Below are positions 41,409 to 50,449 of a stretch of 64,000 bases of DNA, one piece after another (within the stretch, counting starts at the first letter, position 1; the number at the start of each line of letters is the position of its first letter). Origin of the DNA: Candidatus Kapaibacterium sp. (GTDB lineage Bacteria > Bacteroidota > Ignavibacteria > Kapaibacteriales > UBA2268); assembly GCA_937995785.1 (NCBI GenBank), contig CALKJQ010000030.1, positions 353 to 64,352 on the forward strand, written 5' to 3'. Below the pieces are notes generated by a model. That model had not been told where the DNA came from, made no database searches, and saw nothing but the letters and a program-made list of their open reading frames with translations. Both the position numbers and the translations under genes were made by a program.

Positions 41409-41577
41409 AGAATTTTCCTTTTTGCTTTTAATTCCACTATAAAATTACTAACAAATCATTAATCTAAAAAATAACGTATTTATATTAATTGTTGTTTTTT
41501 GATTTTTTGGTATAATTTTTTCTATTAAAATATGGCTGTAATTTAATTTATTTTTTGTAATTTAGAGGAATTATGAA

Positions 41578-44500
41578 ATGAAAATGAAAAAATCATTAAT
41601 TTATATTAAAAGATTATTACTAAAAGTTCATTATATCGTATTATTGATGTTAAATACATTGAAATATAGACTTTCTACTATTTTGATTTTATTTGGATTA
41701 TCATTATCCTATAATTATATATCATATTCTCAAATTTATCCAGCTAATCCATCAAATTGGCTTTTTACCGAAGGAAACGTTTCGGCAACCAAACAAAACC
41801 CATATCCTTCGATTAGCCAATCTTTTGATTCATTAGTTATAAAATGGTCAACTCCACTTATTTCTGGCGAGGTGCAACCATTAATAGGAAATATCATCAA
41901 TAACCCAAAGCTAAACAGCAACTTTTTGTATTCTCCTAACGAAATGGCTGCAGTAATGGGCAATAGGATTGTGTTGATTAATGGCACCGGGAAATTAGCC
42001 AAAGTATACGAATTTCCCGAATTTGTGAGAGGAGTGAAATCATTAAATTTCCTTTTGGATACACTATCGACCGATATCAGAGGTAGTAACCTTCCCGTTT
42101 TGCTTCTAACCGAAAGTATGGAAACAAGTTACGACTCAATAGCCCATTCTTACATTTTTGGTTATGATGCTAAACGCGATACGATATTAATTGCTCGACG
42201 TCTTGCCATTGATATGAGGGCATACAAACCTAATATTTATGCTTCTATCAAACCATTCGCAGGAAAACTTTACGGGAATGAAGTGCAAATTTATGCTACA
42301 GTTAATACCCATACTCCTGAATTAATTAGCCAAAATCCACCTTTTACTCCTTTCTTGAGAGGATTGGTTAAGTTTAATCTTTCTTCGCTAAGTTCCAGTT
42401 TTCCATTGCCCGATGTGGGCGACGATTTGGATTACAGAATAACACTTGGACCAGAAGTAAATAAATATCAACCCTCGATAGCTAATTTAGATAATAAAAT
42501 CAATCTGGTTTTGCCCACTTATCCAAGCAAAGACGATTCGGTAAACATAAACAACCCCGTAACATTGGCAACTCGGTCGAACCGACCATATTTGTTGGGG
42601 TTCGATATTACGGATAATACAATTAAAGAAGCAATTTTTCCGCGAGATTTTCGCAATATTGCCGATGGAAAAAGAGCATTGGTTCGTCCCTACTATGTCG
42701 ATTTGGAGGACGAGCAAACAGGCGAAAACGCCTTTTTACTTGTAACCGAGGAATACAGCGGTCTGGAAGGCTCCGATGGGGTTTCTAAACTTCATCTTTT
42801 TACGAAAGAGGGCGATCCTATAACTTTTCCCGACGACCCTTCTTCTCCTCCAATGATTGGCGGTAAAAATCATTATTGGTCCATAGCCATCGGAAACGTC
42901 GATGGTCCGGTGTGGAATGAGTGGGGACAATTTTATCCCAATAATAAGGGTAAGGAATTAGTCGTTACCCAATCTACAAGAGAATTTGCCTATCCCACCA
43001 ACAAACTAATGATTTTACGCTACAAATCCAACGGTGATTACGAAAAACCTTCACCCCCAGGAACATTTTTATACCAATTCGACACAATTTGCACTCAACG
43101 AATTAATGGATGGGTGGCTTGTGTTAATGATTTTGATGGACATCCCGATGGTAAAGAAGAAATTTTCTTGGTTGATGGAGGAACGCTTCGAGTTCTTAGG
43201 CTTCGATATTACAATAGCGAGCAGTTCAGATTGGGAAGACCTTTCGATACAGTTTTTACTCATACTTTCGTAAACCAAACAATTTTTTCGGTTGCAGTTG
43301 CCGATTTGGAAGGTGATAGCAAAAATGATATTATTATAACAACCAATGATAGCACTTACGTTCTGGGCACAGTTATACCCAATTCCTTTGCTTTGATTGC
43401 TCCGAAGCTACAACAAGAACCACCCGAAATGTATTGCTATGGCGATACTGTTCGTTTAAGGTGGACAAACTTCACATTGACAGAGCAAAGCATTCAGATT
43501 CGATTCCAAGAAACAAAAGAGAGGAAACCTTTACTTGCTCCACCAATTATCATTGATAATAATGTTATAAATAACAACGACGATGTGATTTATAATCTTC
43601 GAGTTGACGAGAGGCTTATCGGCAAAGAAGGTTTCTTTATTGTTTCGGGGAATAAAAATCCAAACAAAAATTTAGATACAACTGCAATTTTATCGTTCGA
43701 GATGCCGAGATTAAATTTAGATGAATTTACAAAGAAATCCTATAGAATATTAGACGAAATAATAATTTCGGGTTTCACAAAATGCGTGGATTCAATCTCG
43801 ATAGAATTTGCAATAAACGATTCGTTATGGCAAAATTTCGGTGGAGCCAAAATCCCAACAATTGATACATTTAATCTTCAAGCAATAATACCTTGCTTAG
43901 ATTTGTTTAATTGCAAAGTTTACGACTCCACATCCACTTTGCTATCGAGGGTATTGGTTCATAAGTATCTCTACACAGATACATCGCAAACATATGCATT
44001 GAATATCAAGCCCGCACTCTTACCGATTAATTTGGAACCGTGCCCCACAAATTGCCCAACTCGGCGATTCACTTGGGACACACTTATGCTAAAATCAATT
44101 GGGATAGATACCTTACATTTCTATTTTTCATCTAAAATAGGAGATAGCTTGGGTTTGATAGGTTCAGTTCCGGTGGATTCGATGAATTTTATTTGGAATT
44201 TACCTTATAATTTGCCCGAGAGAATACAATTGAGAGCTTGTGGCGGGAATGGTTGTTTTCGGTTCGATACTGTCCTGTCAGATGCTTCGCCAAAGTATAT
44301 AAACACAGTGTCGCCAAACCCATTCCGTCCGAATTACGGAGAATTAGAAATAGTGTATGCAATTCCACAAGATGATTTTGTAACAATTAGAATTATTGAT
44401 CAGGCAAATAGAATTGTAAGAATTTTGGTTGATAACCAACAGCGACAAGGAAACACAATATATTGCGATAAATGGGACGGCTACAATAGCAAAAGCGAAC

Positions 44501-44583
44501 CAATTGCAAATGGAATGTATTATATTTGGTTCGAAATAAGTAATGGAACAAAAGAAATTTATCCAGTATTCATAAGAAAATAA
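41578..44583 (+). CDS. Large secreted hypothetical protein with FG-GAP-like repeats and a FlgD-Ig/T9SS-type C-terminal domain
   Basis: There is a hydrophobic N-terminal signal region. FG-GAP-like segments include VADLEGDSKNDIIITTND and NDFDGHPDGKEEIFLVDGG. The C-terminus is SPNPFRPNYGELEIVYAIP...KWDGYNSKSEPIANGMYYIWFEI. A GAGGA sequence lies 8 nt before the ATG. Confidence 0.6.
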   Translation: MKMKKSLIYIKRLLLKVHYIVLLMLNTLKYRLSTILILFGLSLSYNYISYSQIYPANPSNWLFTEGNVSATKQNPYPSISQSFDSLVIKWSTPLISGEVQPLIGNIINNPKLNSNFLYSPNEMAAVMGNRIVLINGTGKLAKVYEFPEFVRGVKSLNFLLDTLSTDIRGSNLPVLLLTESMETSYDSIAHSYIFGYDAKRDTILIARRLAIDMRAYKPNIYASIKPFAGKLYGNEVQIYATVNTHTPELISQNPPFTPFLRGLVKFNLSSLSSSFPLPDVGDDLDYRITLGPEVNKYQPSIANLDNKINLVLPTYPSKDDSVNINNPVTLATRSNRPYLLGFDITDNTIKEAIFPRDFRNIADGKRALVRPYYVDLEDEQTGENAFLLVTEEYSGLEGSDGVSKLHLFTKEGDPITFPDDPSSPPMIGGKNHYWSIAIGNVDGPVWNEWGQFYPNNKGKELVVTQSTREFAYPTNKLMILRYKSNGDYEKPSPPGTFLYQFDTICTQRINGWVACVNDFDGHPDGKEEIFLVDGGTLRVLRLRYYNSEQFRLGRPFDTVFTHTFVNQTIFSVAVADLEGDSKNDIIITTNDSTYVLGTVIPNSFALIAPKLQQEPPEMYCYGDTVRLRWTNFTLTEQSIQIRFQETKERKPLLAPPIIIDNNVINNNDDVIYNLRVDERLIGKEGFFIVSGNKNPNKNLDTTAILSFEMPRLNLDEFTKKSYRILDEIIISGFTKCVDSISIEFAINDSLWQNFGGAKIPTIDTFNLQAIIPCLDLFNCKVYDSTSTLLSRVLVHKYLYTDTSQTYALNIKPALLPINLEPCPTNCPTRRFTWDTLMLKSIGIDTLHFYFSSKIGDSLGLIGSVPVDSMNFIWNLPYNLPERIQLRACGGNGCFRFDTVLSDASPKYINTVSPNPFRPNYGELEIVYAIPQDDFVTIRIIDQANRIVRILVDNQQRQGNTIYCDKWDGYNSKSEPIANGMYYIWFEISNGTKEIYPVFIRK

Positions 44584-44605
44584 ATATTAAAATACACGAG
44601 GTTCT

Positions 44606-45289
44606 ATGAGAGTATTAGTAATTGAAGATGATTCCAAAATAATGGCGTTTATTAGGCACGGATTAGCCCAAGAGAAATTTATTATCGAAACATGCGACAA
44701 TGGTAACGATGCTGTAGATATAATTCTCAACAACTTATTCGATGGGATCATCCTTGATGTAATACTTCCAGGGAGGGACGGCTATAGTGTTCTTAGAGAA
44801 ATACGGGAGGCAGGAGTATCGACCCCCGTTATTCTACTCAGTGGCAGAGATAACGTTGAGGATAGAGTAAGAGGTTTGGATTTAGGTGCAGACGACTTCT
44901 TAGGCAAACCTTTTGCTATCGAAGAACTTTCGGCACGACTTCGCACTATATTACGAAGATCGTTGCCCGATAAAACAACTAAATTAAAATGTGGTGATTT
45001 GCTTCTGGATACCGTTTCGCACATTGCGCTGCGAGATGGACGCGAAATTGAGTTAACAACAAAAGAATATACTTTGCTCGAATATTTTATGAGAAATAAA
45101 AACAGAATTCTAAGTAGAAGCACTATAACCCAGCATGTTTGGAAACACAATTTTGATGCAGATTCCAATATTATCGATGTTTATATCAAAAGATTGCGTT
45201 CCAAAATTGATTATAAGAAAAACAAACAACTCATTCAAAGTATTCGAGGAGTTGGTTACAGAATTAGGGATTTTGGAAACGATACCTAA
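44606..45289 (+). CDS. OmpR-family response regulator (CusR/CopR-like subfamily), no adjacent histidine kinase
   Basis: The receiver has VIEDD, an ILDVILPGRDG phospho-acceptor and GKPF. The winged-helix output has LTTKEYTLLEYFMRN...VWKHNFDADSNIIDVYIKRLRSKID...IQSIRGVGYRI. Confidence 0.85.
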   Translation: MRVLVIEDDSKIMAFIRHGLAQEKFIIETCDNGNDAVDIILNNLFDGIILDVILPGRDGYSVLREIREAGVSTPVILLSGRDNVEDRVRGLDLGADDFLGKPFAIEELSARLRTILRRSLPDKTTKLKCGDLLLDTVSHIALRDGREIELTTKEYTLLEYFMRNKNRILSRSTITQHVWKHNFDADSNIIDVYIKRLRSKIDYKKNKQLIQSIRGVGYRIRDFGNDT

Positions 45290-45334
45290 GTGTCAATTAA
45301 ATGAACAGTGGTTCGTTTTTACTAATAAAAGATA

Positions 45335-46174
45335 ATGAAAAACTCACATAAAGTATTTTATTCAACAATAACGTTACTACTAATTGGTTTCATAGTTCAG
45401 ATTATTGCCCAAAATGTTGCCCGATTGGAAATTAACAACGAGCAGGTGGCGAAGCATAATTTCAGATTTTTAAAAAACGAGGCATTTGGCTACGGCGAAC
45501 GTTTCGAATACAATGTTGGCTACAAATTTATTATAGCAGGTACGGGTTATTTGCAAATTGGTGCAGAACCGGTTTATCGATATGGTCGCGAATGTTATAA
45601 CGTCCAATTCGAAGTTCGCTCGCTCGAAAGTTTAGATTGGCTTTATAGAGTTCGTGATGTTTATACAACTGTTATGGATGTTGGCGGGTTGTTTTCTTGG
45701 GATTTTACACAAAAAATCAGGGAAGGAAACTATAAACGTGATTCTAAAGCATTTTTCGATCAAGTAAATAGAAAAGCATTGTTTCAGGATTCGATTTATG
45801 AGGTTTCGGAATATATTCAAGATATTTTATCTGCTTTTTATTATGCACGTACATTAGACCTTGGCTCGATGAAAAAGGGTCATATTTTTTATCTTAAAAA
45901 TTTCTTTGACGGAAAAACCTATGATTTGGGAATTAAAATTCACGGAAAACAAACCGCAGAAGTTGATGCAGGCAAGTTTCGCTGTGTTGTCGTAGAACCT
46001 TTAATAGTTGATGGTGGATTGTTTAAAGCCGATGGTTCAATTTATATTTGGCTAACAGATGACGAACGCAAGATGCCTGTCAAGGTTGCCGCCAAAATAC
46101 CTATAGGATTTGTGGAAGCCAAATTAATTAAATATCGGGGTCTTCGCGGTCCACTTAAAGCCAAAATTGATTAA
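45335..46174 (+). CDS. DUF3108-like secreted beta-barrel protein
   Basis: It has a signal peptide. The GERFEYNVGYKFIIAGTGYLQIG start and the YIWLTDDERKMPVKV end match the usual DUF3108 pattern as I recall it. Confidence 0.5.
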   Translation: MKNSHKVFYSTITLLLIGFIVQIIAQNVARLEINNEQVAKHNFRFLKNEAFGYGERFEYNVGYKFIIAGTGYLQIGAEPVYRYGRECYNVQFEVRSLESLDWLYRVRDVYTTVMDVGGLFSWDFTQKIREGNYKRDSKAFFDQVNRKALFQDSIYEVSEYIQDILSAFYYARTLDLGSMKKGHIFYLKNFFDGKTYDLGIKIHGKQTAEVDAGKFRCVVVEPLIVDGGLFKADGSIYIWLTDDERKMPVKVAAKIPIGFVEAKLIKYRGLRGPLKAKID

Positions 46175-46180
46175 GTAAAC

Positions 46181-47215
46181 TTAATTTTTTTGAATACCAA
46201 TTCTCTGGTCACGTTTTTCGGATGCAAGTTTCCTTAAATCTTGCACTTTGTCTGCCTCGTCCATAATTTCGACACCAAGAATTGTTTCCAGCACATCTTC
46301 CATAGTAATTAAACCGCTAACACCGCCATATTCATCAACAACGACAAAAATGTGCTGTCTGCGTTTAAGAAATTTTTCCAAAGCAACACTCAAAGAAGCC
46401 GTTTCGGGGATGATATATATATCGCGAGTAATTGAACGCAATTTCATATCAGTTTGGTTGTTCAATGCCGCTTTGAACACATCTTTGCTAAGCACATAAC
46501 CAATTACTTTTTCGTCCAAATTGTTGCCGTCCCAAATTGGTACTCTCGAATATGTTTGCAAACCTGGGTCGTTAACCACCTCGGCAACTGTGCTATCTGC
46601 TGAACAACTAAAGATAACAGTTCGTGGCGTCATCACATCAATCACCAAAACATCCGAAAAATTCATAATATTCTTTAGCAATCTGTATTCGTCGTCGTCC
46701 AAAGCGCCTTCGAATCGGGCGGATTCGACCATTTCTGCGATTTCGTTGAGTGATTCTTCGTTTTCTGTTGTTCCCTTCACTCTTTGAGTTATTTTGCTTA
46801 ATAGTATAAGCAAAGGACGGGATAACAAATTTAAAAAATACAGTAATCTAACATACTTAAATGCATATCTGTTGGATTTTCGTTCACCGTAGGAATAAAT
46901 AAGGTGGTGAACAAAGAAATAAACGATAATTGCGATAAAGGTGGAATAGACATCTATGGAAATATTGTCGTAATTTCTGTCTAAAAAAATCAAAAAAAAC
47001 GCAAGTGAAACACCTGAAAAGATCAGCTCAAACAGAAAAAACTCGTTAATATGTTCGTCGTAATGGTTATAGATATTTTCGATAATTTTGGCTTTTTTCT
47101 CATTGATTTGTTTTAATGTCAAAATCTCTTCTTTTGTTAACGAACTAATTACGCCAGCCAAAAAGCTAAAGAAAAATGCTAAAAATAGGAAAAGAATACT
47201 AAAGAGTATTTCCAT
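46181..47215 (-). CDS. CNNM/hemolysin-family membrane protein (DUF21 plus CBS pair, no CorC_HlyC tail)
   Basis: There is an N-terminal 4-TM DUF21-like region. A CBS pair follows (VMTPRTVIFSC...YSRVPIW and FVVVDEYGGVSGLITMEDVLE). Confidence 0.75.
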   Translation of the reverse strand: MEILFSILFLFLAFFFSFLAGVISSLTKEEILTLKQINEKKAKIIENIYNHYDEHINEFFLFELIFSGVSLAFFLIFLDRNYDNISIDVYSTFIAIIVYFFVHHLIYSYGERKSNRYAFKYVRLLYFLNLLSRPLLILLSKITQRVKGTTENEESLNEIAEMVESARFEGALDDDEYRLLKNIMNFSDVLVIDVMTPRTVIFSCSADSTVAEVVNDPGLQTYSRVPIWDGNNLDEKVIGYVLSKDVFKAALNNQTDMKLRSITRDIYIIPETASLSVALEKFLKRRQHIFVVVDEYGGVSGLITMEDVLETILGVEIMDEADKVQDLRKLASEKRDQRIGIQKN

Positions 47216-47238
47216 TTTATATTGAATCTACTCCTATG

Positions 47239-47853
47239 TTAATTAGAATAAGTTTTGTTTACAACTGTAATCCAACTGGGATAGGTAACATTGCCTAATA
47301 TAGTTTTCACCGAAGGCTTAACGTCGAGTTTCACACGGGTTAGGTCGCTATTCAATCCACCAAGAGCAAGTGCCAAATCCACTAATTTGTCATAACCTTT
47401 GTCCGAGAAAAATTTATATAAATCCAATTCCATTGCAAGCGGAATGGTGATGGATTGTCCCGAGGCGGGAATGGCTATTGGCGAATTAATACTGCCACTG
47501 ATAGTTGGTACGTCGTCGATAACCAGTCGCCAATCCATTGCAGTGATAGTTGCATCCGATTTAATTGGGGTAGATTTGCCATCGTTTGGGTTGTAGGCAT
47601 CCAAATCCAAAATAAATTGCACAGGGAACGATTTCAAAGTTAATAAATCCTTTAACTTCAGTGCATCAGACCAACTTAGGTCGGTTAGTTTAGTTTTGCC
47701 AGTGAGCGATACTCCCATTAGCCGAAAATCGTTAATTCCCGAAATCTTAAATTTTAATCTCTGAATGTTTTGTGCGGCTTGGTATAATGAACAAGAATGA
47801 ATACCTAACGACAGAAACGTTACAACAAGCAAAAATACCAAATACTTTCTCAA
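47239..47853 (-). CDS. LEA type-2 (LEA14/WHy-like) lipoprotein
   Basis: A lipobox LGIHSC is present. The pattern FILDLDAYNPND...MDWRLVIDDVPTISG...IPASGQSITIPLAMELD resembles LEA_2 beta-sandwich proteins, including the NPN motif. Confidence 0.5.
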   Translation of the reverse strand: MRKYLVFLLVVTFLSLGIHSCSLYQAAQNIQRLKFKISGINDFRLMGVSLTGKTKLTDLSWSDALKLKDLLTLKSFPVQFILDLDAYNPNDGKSTPIKSDATITAMDWRLVIDDVPTISGSINSPIAIPASGQSITIPLAMELDLYKFFSDKGYDKLVDLALALGGLNSDLTRVKLDVKPSVKTILGNVTYPSWITVVNKTYSN

Positions 47854-47971
47854 TTTGTAATTCCAATTTTATGATTTATAACGAATAATAGCAAGAAATA
47901 ATTTTAATTGTGTGGATTATATTTGGTTTAGGACGAATAAATTTGTGTTAATTTGAATTGCTTCTTTTTCG

Positions 47972-47999
47972 TATAAAAAAAGGTGGCTTAGCAGCCACC
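47972..47999 (-). terminator. Intrinsic terminator of the cytochrome/YeeE operon, with the stop codon in the hairpin loop
   Basis: The minus-strand RNA reads GGUGGCU-GCUA-AGCCACC followed by UUUUUUU. This is a 7-bp GC-rich stem, and the UAA stop of the 410-aa ORF spans the loop. Confidence 0.8.
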
Positions 48000-49220
48000 T
48001 AATACTCTTTTCGGCTTATCGGATTTAGAATTATCGGCCGGTTTATATTTCATTAAAATATCGGGTATAACATTCTTGGCATATAAGCGAAAATGATTTC
48101 TATCTTTTTCTGCAATTGTTTGGGGATTTTCCAATGGCTTATATTCAAGGATGTCCTTACGGAAACCGTCGATACCACCTTTGAGGATTTTTATGCGTTT
48201 GTAACCAAGTTTCATTGCCAAAATTGCCATTTTTTTCTCTGTTAATTCATCATTTGCTACAAAGATGTTTTCTCTATGCAATATTTTTAACAATTTATTA
48301 GGTTCTTTTGAAAATAAATCATCTATAGTCATTGGTGTAGATTTAGGGAGTGGCAATTTTTTTCGGTCCTCATCCGAACGGAAATCGAAAATTTGTATTC
48401 TATTGCACTCTTCGATTTTGATTAAACACAAAGCAAATTCGTCGGGGCAAATTATTCGATTAGAGATAGACCCATCCGAGCAACTGTGTTCACCGAAGGT
48501 GTTAACAACGTATTTTTCATCACCTATCAATTTCAATAAATCAGATTTGCGATCCGAAAAACCAAATGACATAATTCCCATAATTAATCCAATAACCAAA
48601 ACAGATGCAAAGTAAGGTGTTGTTTTTATCGCAGGTTGGTTGATTTTATTAACTTTATTTTCGATTATATTTGTAGCGTAGAATGCAAATAATGCAACCA
48701 CAACCATAACAAATGCAAAAACTCCTTGCGAAATACCCAAAGTTTCGAATATTTGCGGACTACCTAAATTGGCTGATTTGAATAAACCTTCGAATAGCGG
48801 ATAACCTTCGGCAAAAATTAAAACCCCAACGAAAGCACCAACAATAAAAATCATTGCATCGATTTTGCCAATTGCCGCCGCACACACGCTCGTCCCCGGA
48901 CAAAATCCTCCCAAAACAAATCCCAAACCCATTATCAAACCTCCGATAATCGCCGACCAAAGGAATGTGGGATTTACATATACTAAACTCATATCAATTA
49001 TACCGAAATGATTGAAAGCAATCACTCCAACCATTGCCACTAAACCTGCTGTGAAAAATACACGAAGAACTGTAAAATCATATCCATAGAACAAACCAAC
49101 CAATTTCTTTGATGTAGAAAATCCTGCTTGTTCCAAAATAGCACCAAAAAAGATACCTATTATCAAGGCAACTATATAATTTAAATTGGGGCTTACTATA
49201 TCGGGTACTAATGGTCCCAT
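47988..49220 (-). CDS. YeeE/YedE-family permease half fused to a C-terminal rhodanese-homology domain lacking the active-site Cys
   Basis: The membrane part carries the GGFCPGTSVC motif. The C-terminal region IQIFDFRSDEDRKK...ENIFVANDELTEKKMAILAMKLGYKRIKILKGGIDGF fits the rhodanese fold, but the CxxGxR loop is replaced by ANDELTE. Confidence 0.7.
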   Translation of the reverse strand: MGPLVPDIVSPNLNYIVALIIGIFFGAILEQAGFSTSKKLVGLFYGYDFTVLRVFFTAGLVAMVGVIAFNHFGIIDMSLVYVNPTFLWSAIIGGLIMGLGFVLGGFCPGTSVCAAAIGKIDAMIFIVGAFVGVLIFAEGYPLFEGLFKSANLGSPQIFETLGISQGVFAFVMVVVALFAFYATNIIENKVNKINQPAIKTTPYFASVLVIGLIMGIMSFGFSDRKSDLLKLIGDEKYVVNTFGEHSCSDGSISNRIICPDEFALCLIKIEECNRIQIFDFRSDEDRKKLPLPKSTPMTIDDLFSKEPNKLLKILHRENIFVANDELTEKKMAILAMKLGYKRIKILKGGIDGFRKDILEYKPLENPQTIAEKDRNHFRLYAKNVIPDILMKYKPADNSKSDKPKRVLGGC

Positions 49221-49235
49221 TTCTTTTTCTCCTTG

Positions 49236-49751
49236 TTAAATCCACATTTTTCTGAAGAAATACGCAAACATATACGCTCCTGCAAAGATTGCAAACATAG
49301 TGATTATTCCACCTGTGGACATTACCGCCATACCCGAAAGAGCCGCACCACTTGTGCAACCTCGCCCAAGTTGGGAACCTATGCCCCAAAGTATCCCTCC
49401 GATAATAGCTCCAGTAACCCTTACTTTTGTTGTTGCTCGTGGTCCCTTTTCGAATATAAGGTTTAGCCTATTAGAAGCCAACCCAGATAGGAAAGCACCA
49501 ATCAAAACGCCAACAACTTCGAAAACCAACCAGTTCATTAGTGGGTTGCCTGAATGTTCCTCGGCATACTCCTGATAGAACTTAGTGTTTTGGGTGTGGC
49601 TTGGTGCGATTGTTTGAACTGCGGCTATTGTGCCACTTTTGATTGCACCGCTGGCTCCGAGACCACGTCCAGTTATAAAAATTGTTGCTAATAGCAAAAT
49701 ACCCAATAAAACTCCTGCCAAATAGGGGTTCATATATTTAGTTTCTTCCAT
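49236..49751 (-). CDS. YeeE/YedE-family permease half (sulfur-compound transport component)
   Basis: It is a 171-aa, 4-TM protein with GRGLGASG and GRGCTSGAALSG motifs. It is adjacent to a second half-size paralogue. Confidence 0.7.
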   Translation of the reverse strand: MEETKYMNPYLAGVLLGILLLATIFITGRGLGASGAIKSGTIAAVQTIAPSHTQNTKFYQEYAEEHSGNPLMNWLVFEVVGVLIGAFLSGLASNRLNLIFEKGPRATTKVRVTGAIIGGILWGIGSQLGRGCTSGAALSGMAVMSTGGIITMFAIFAGAYMFAYFFRKMWI

Positions 49752-49763
49752 TTCATATCTCCT

Positions 49764-50438
49764 TTAATCGTATTGATTTGATAATTGTTGAGAATTATTT
49801 TCTTTCAAATTTTCGTTATCTTCTTCATCAGTTTCGATTTCTTCGTAACCCGTTAGCATTGCATTTAAATTTGTCAATACTTTCTCGCCTGTTGTCGTTA
49901 GGTAAATATGTCCTATCACAAAAGCAACCAACAATAATGCTCCCGCAGTATGAACGATAGCAATGTATTTTAAAGTTGCTATGTTAATAGATTCCACACC
50001 GTATTGGGTTGGGTATCTATAAAACATATACAATAATCCCGAAGTAACCATTACTGGAATTACTAATAGTTTTAAACCCAAGTATGCCAACTTTTGCAGT
50101 GGATTCAGTTTACTTAGGGCAGTTTTTTTAGTAGGATGAGGTTCGTTTCGGAATATACCCACGATATAATATCTAATTTGAGCCGATATAAATTCTTTAG
50201 TCGGTATATATTGCTTCCATTCGCCAGTTGCAAAATGCCAGAATATAGCCAAAACTACCAAGCTCACCAACATATAGGCAGCAATGTTATGATATATCAC
50301 TGCTTCCTCGAATCCGAAAAACGAATAGGTGCCATGAATTTCGAATCCCGTAAATCCGAGGAAAAATATCAAAATCATTTGCATCCAGTGCCAGAATCGC
50401 TCGAAACTTCTATAAATATATACTTTTTTATGTCCCAT
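49764..50438 (-). CDS. Membrane di-haem cytochrome b (Ni/Fe-hydrogenase/FdnI/PhsC-type b subunit)
   Basis: The N-terminus is RSFERFWHWMQMILIFFLGFTGFEIHG. There are four TM helices with conserved His residues (WHW, YHN, VHTAG, GHIY). Confidence 0.7.
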   Translation of the reverse strand: MGHKKVYIYRSFERFWHWMQMILIFFLGFTGFEIHGTYSFFGFEEAVIYHNIAAYMLVSLVVLAIFWHFATGEWKQYIPTKEFISAQIRYYIVGIFRNEPHPTKKTALSKLNPLQKLAYLGLKLLVIPVMVTSGLLYMFYRYPTQYGVESINIATLKYIAIVHTAGALLLVAFVIGHIYLTTTGEKVLTNLNAMLTGYEEIETDEEDNENLKENNSQQLSNQYD

Positions 50439-50449
50439 TTTTAACTCCG

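Noticed and set aside
44782-45168. A 128-aa minus-strand ORF.
   Set aside because: It is antisense to the OmpR-family response regulator, which has complete receiver and winged-helix motifs.
49078-49389. A 103-aa minus-strand ORF spanning the junction of the two YeeE/YedE genes.
   Set aside because: It is out of frame with both well-supported permease genes. It is Cys/Trp/Arg-rich with no recognisable motif.
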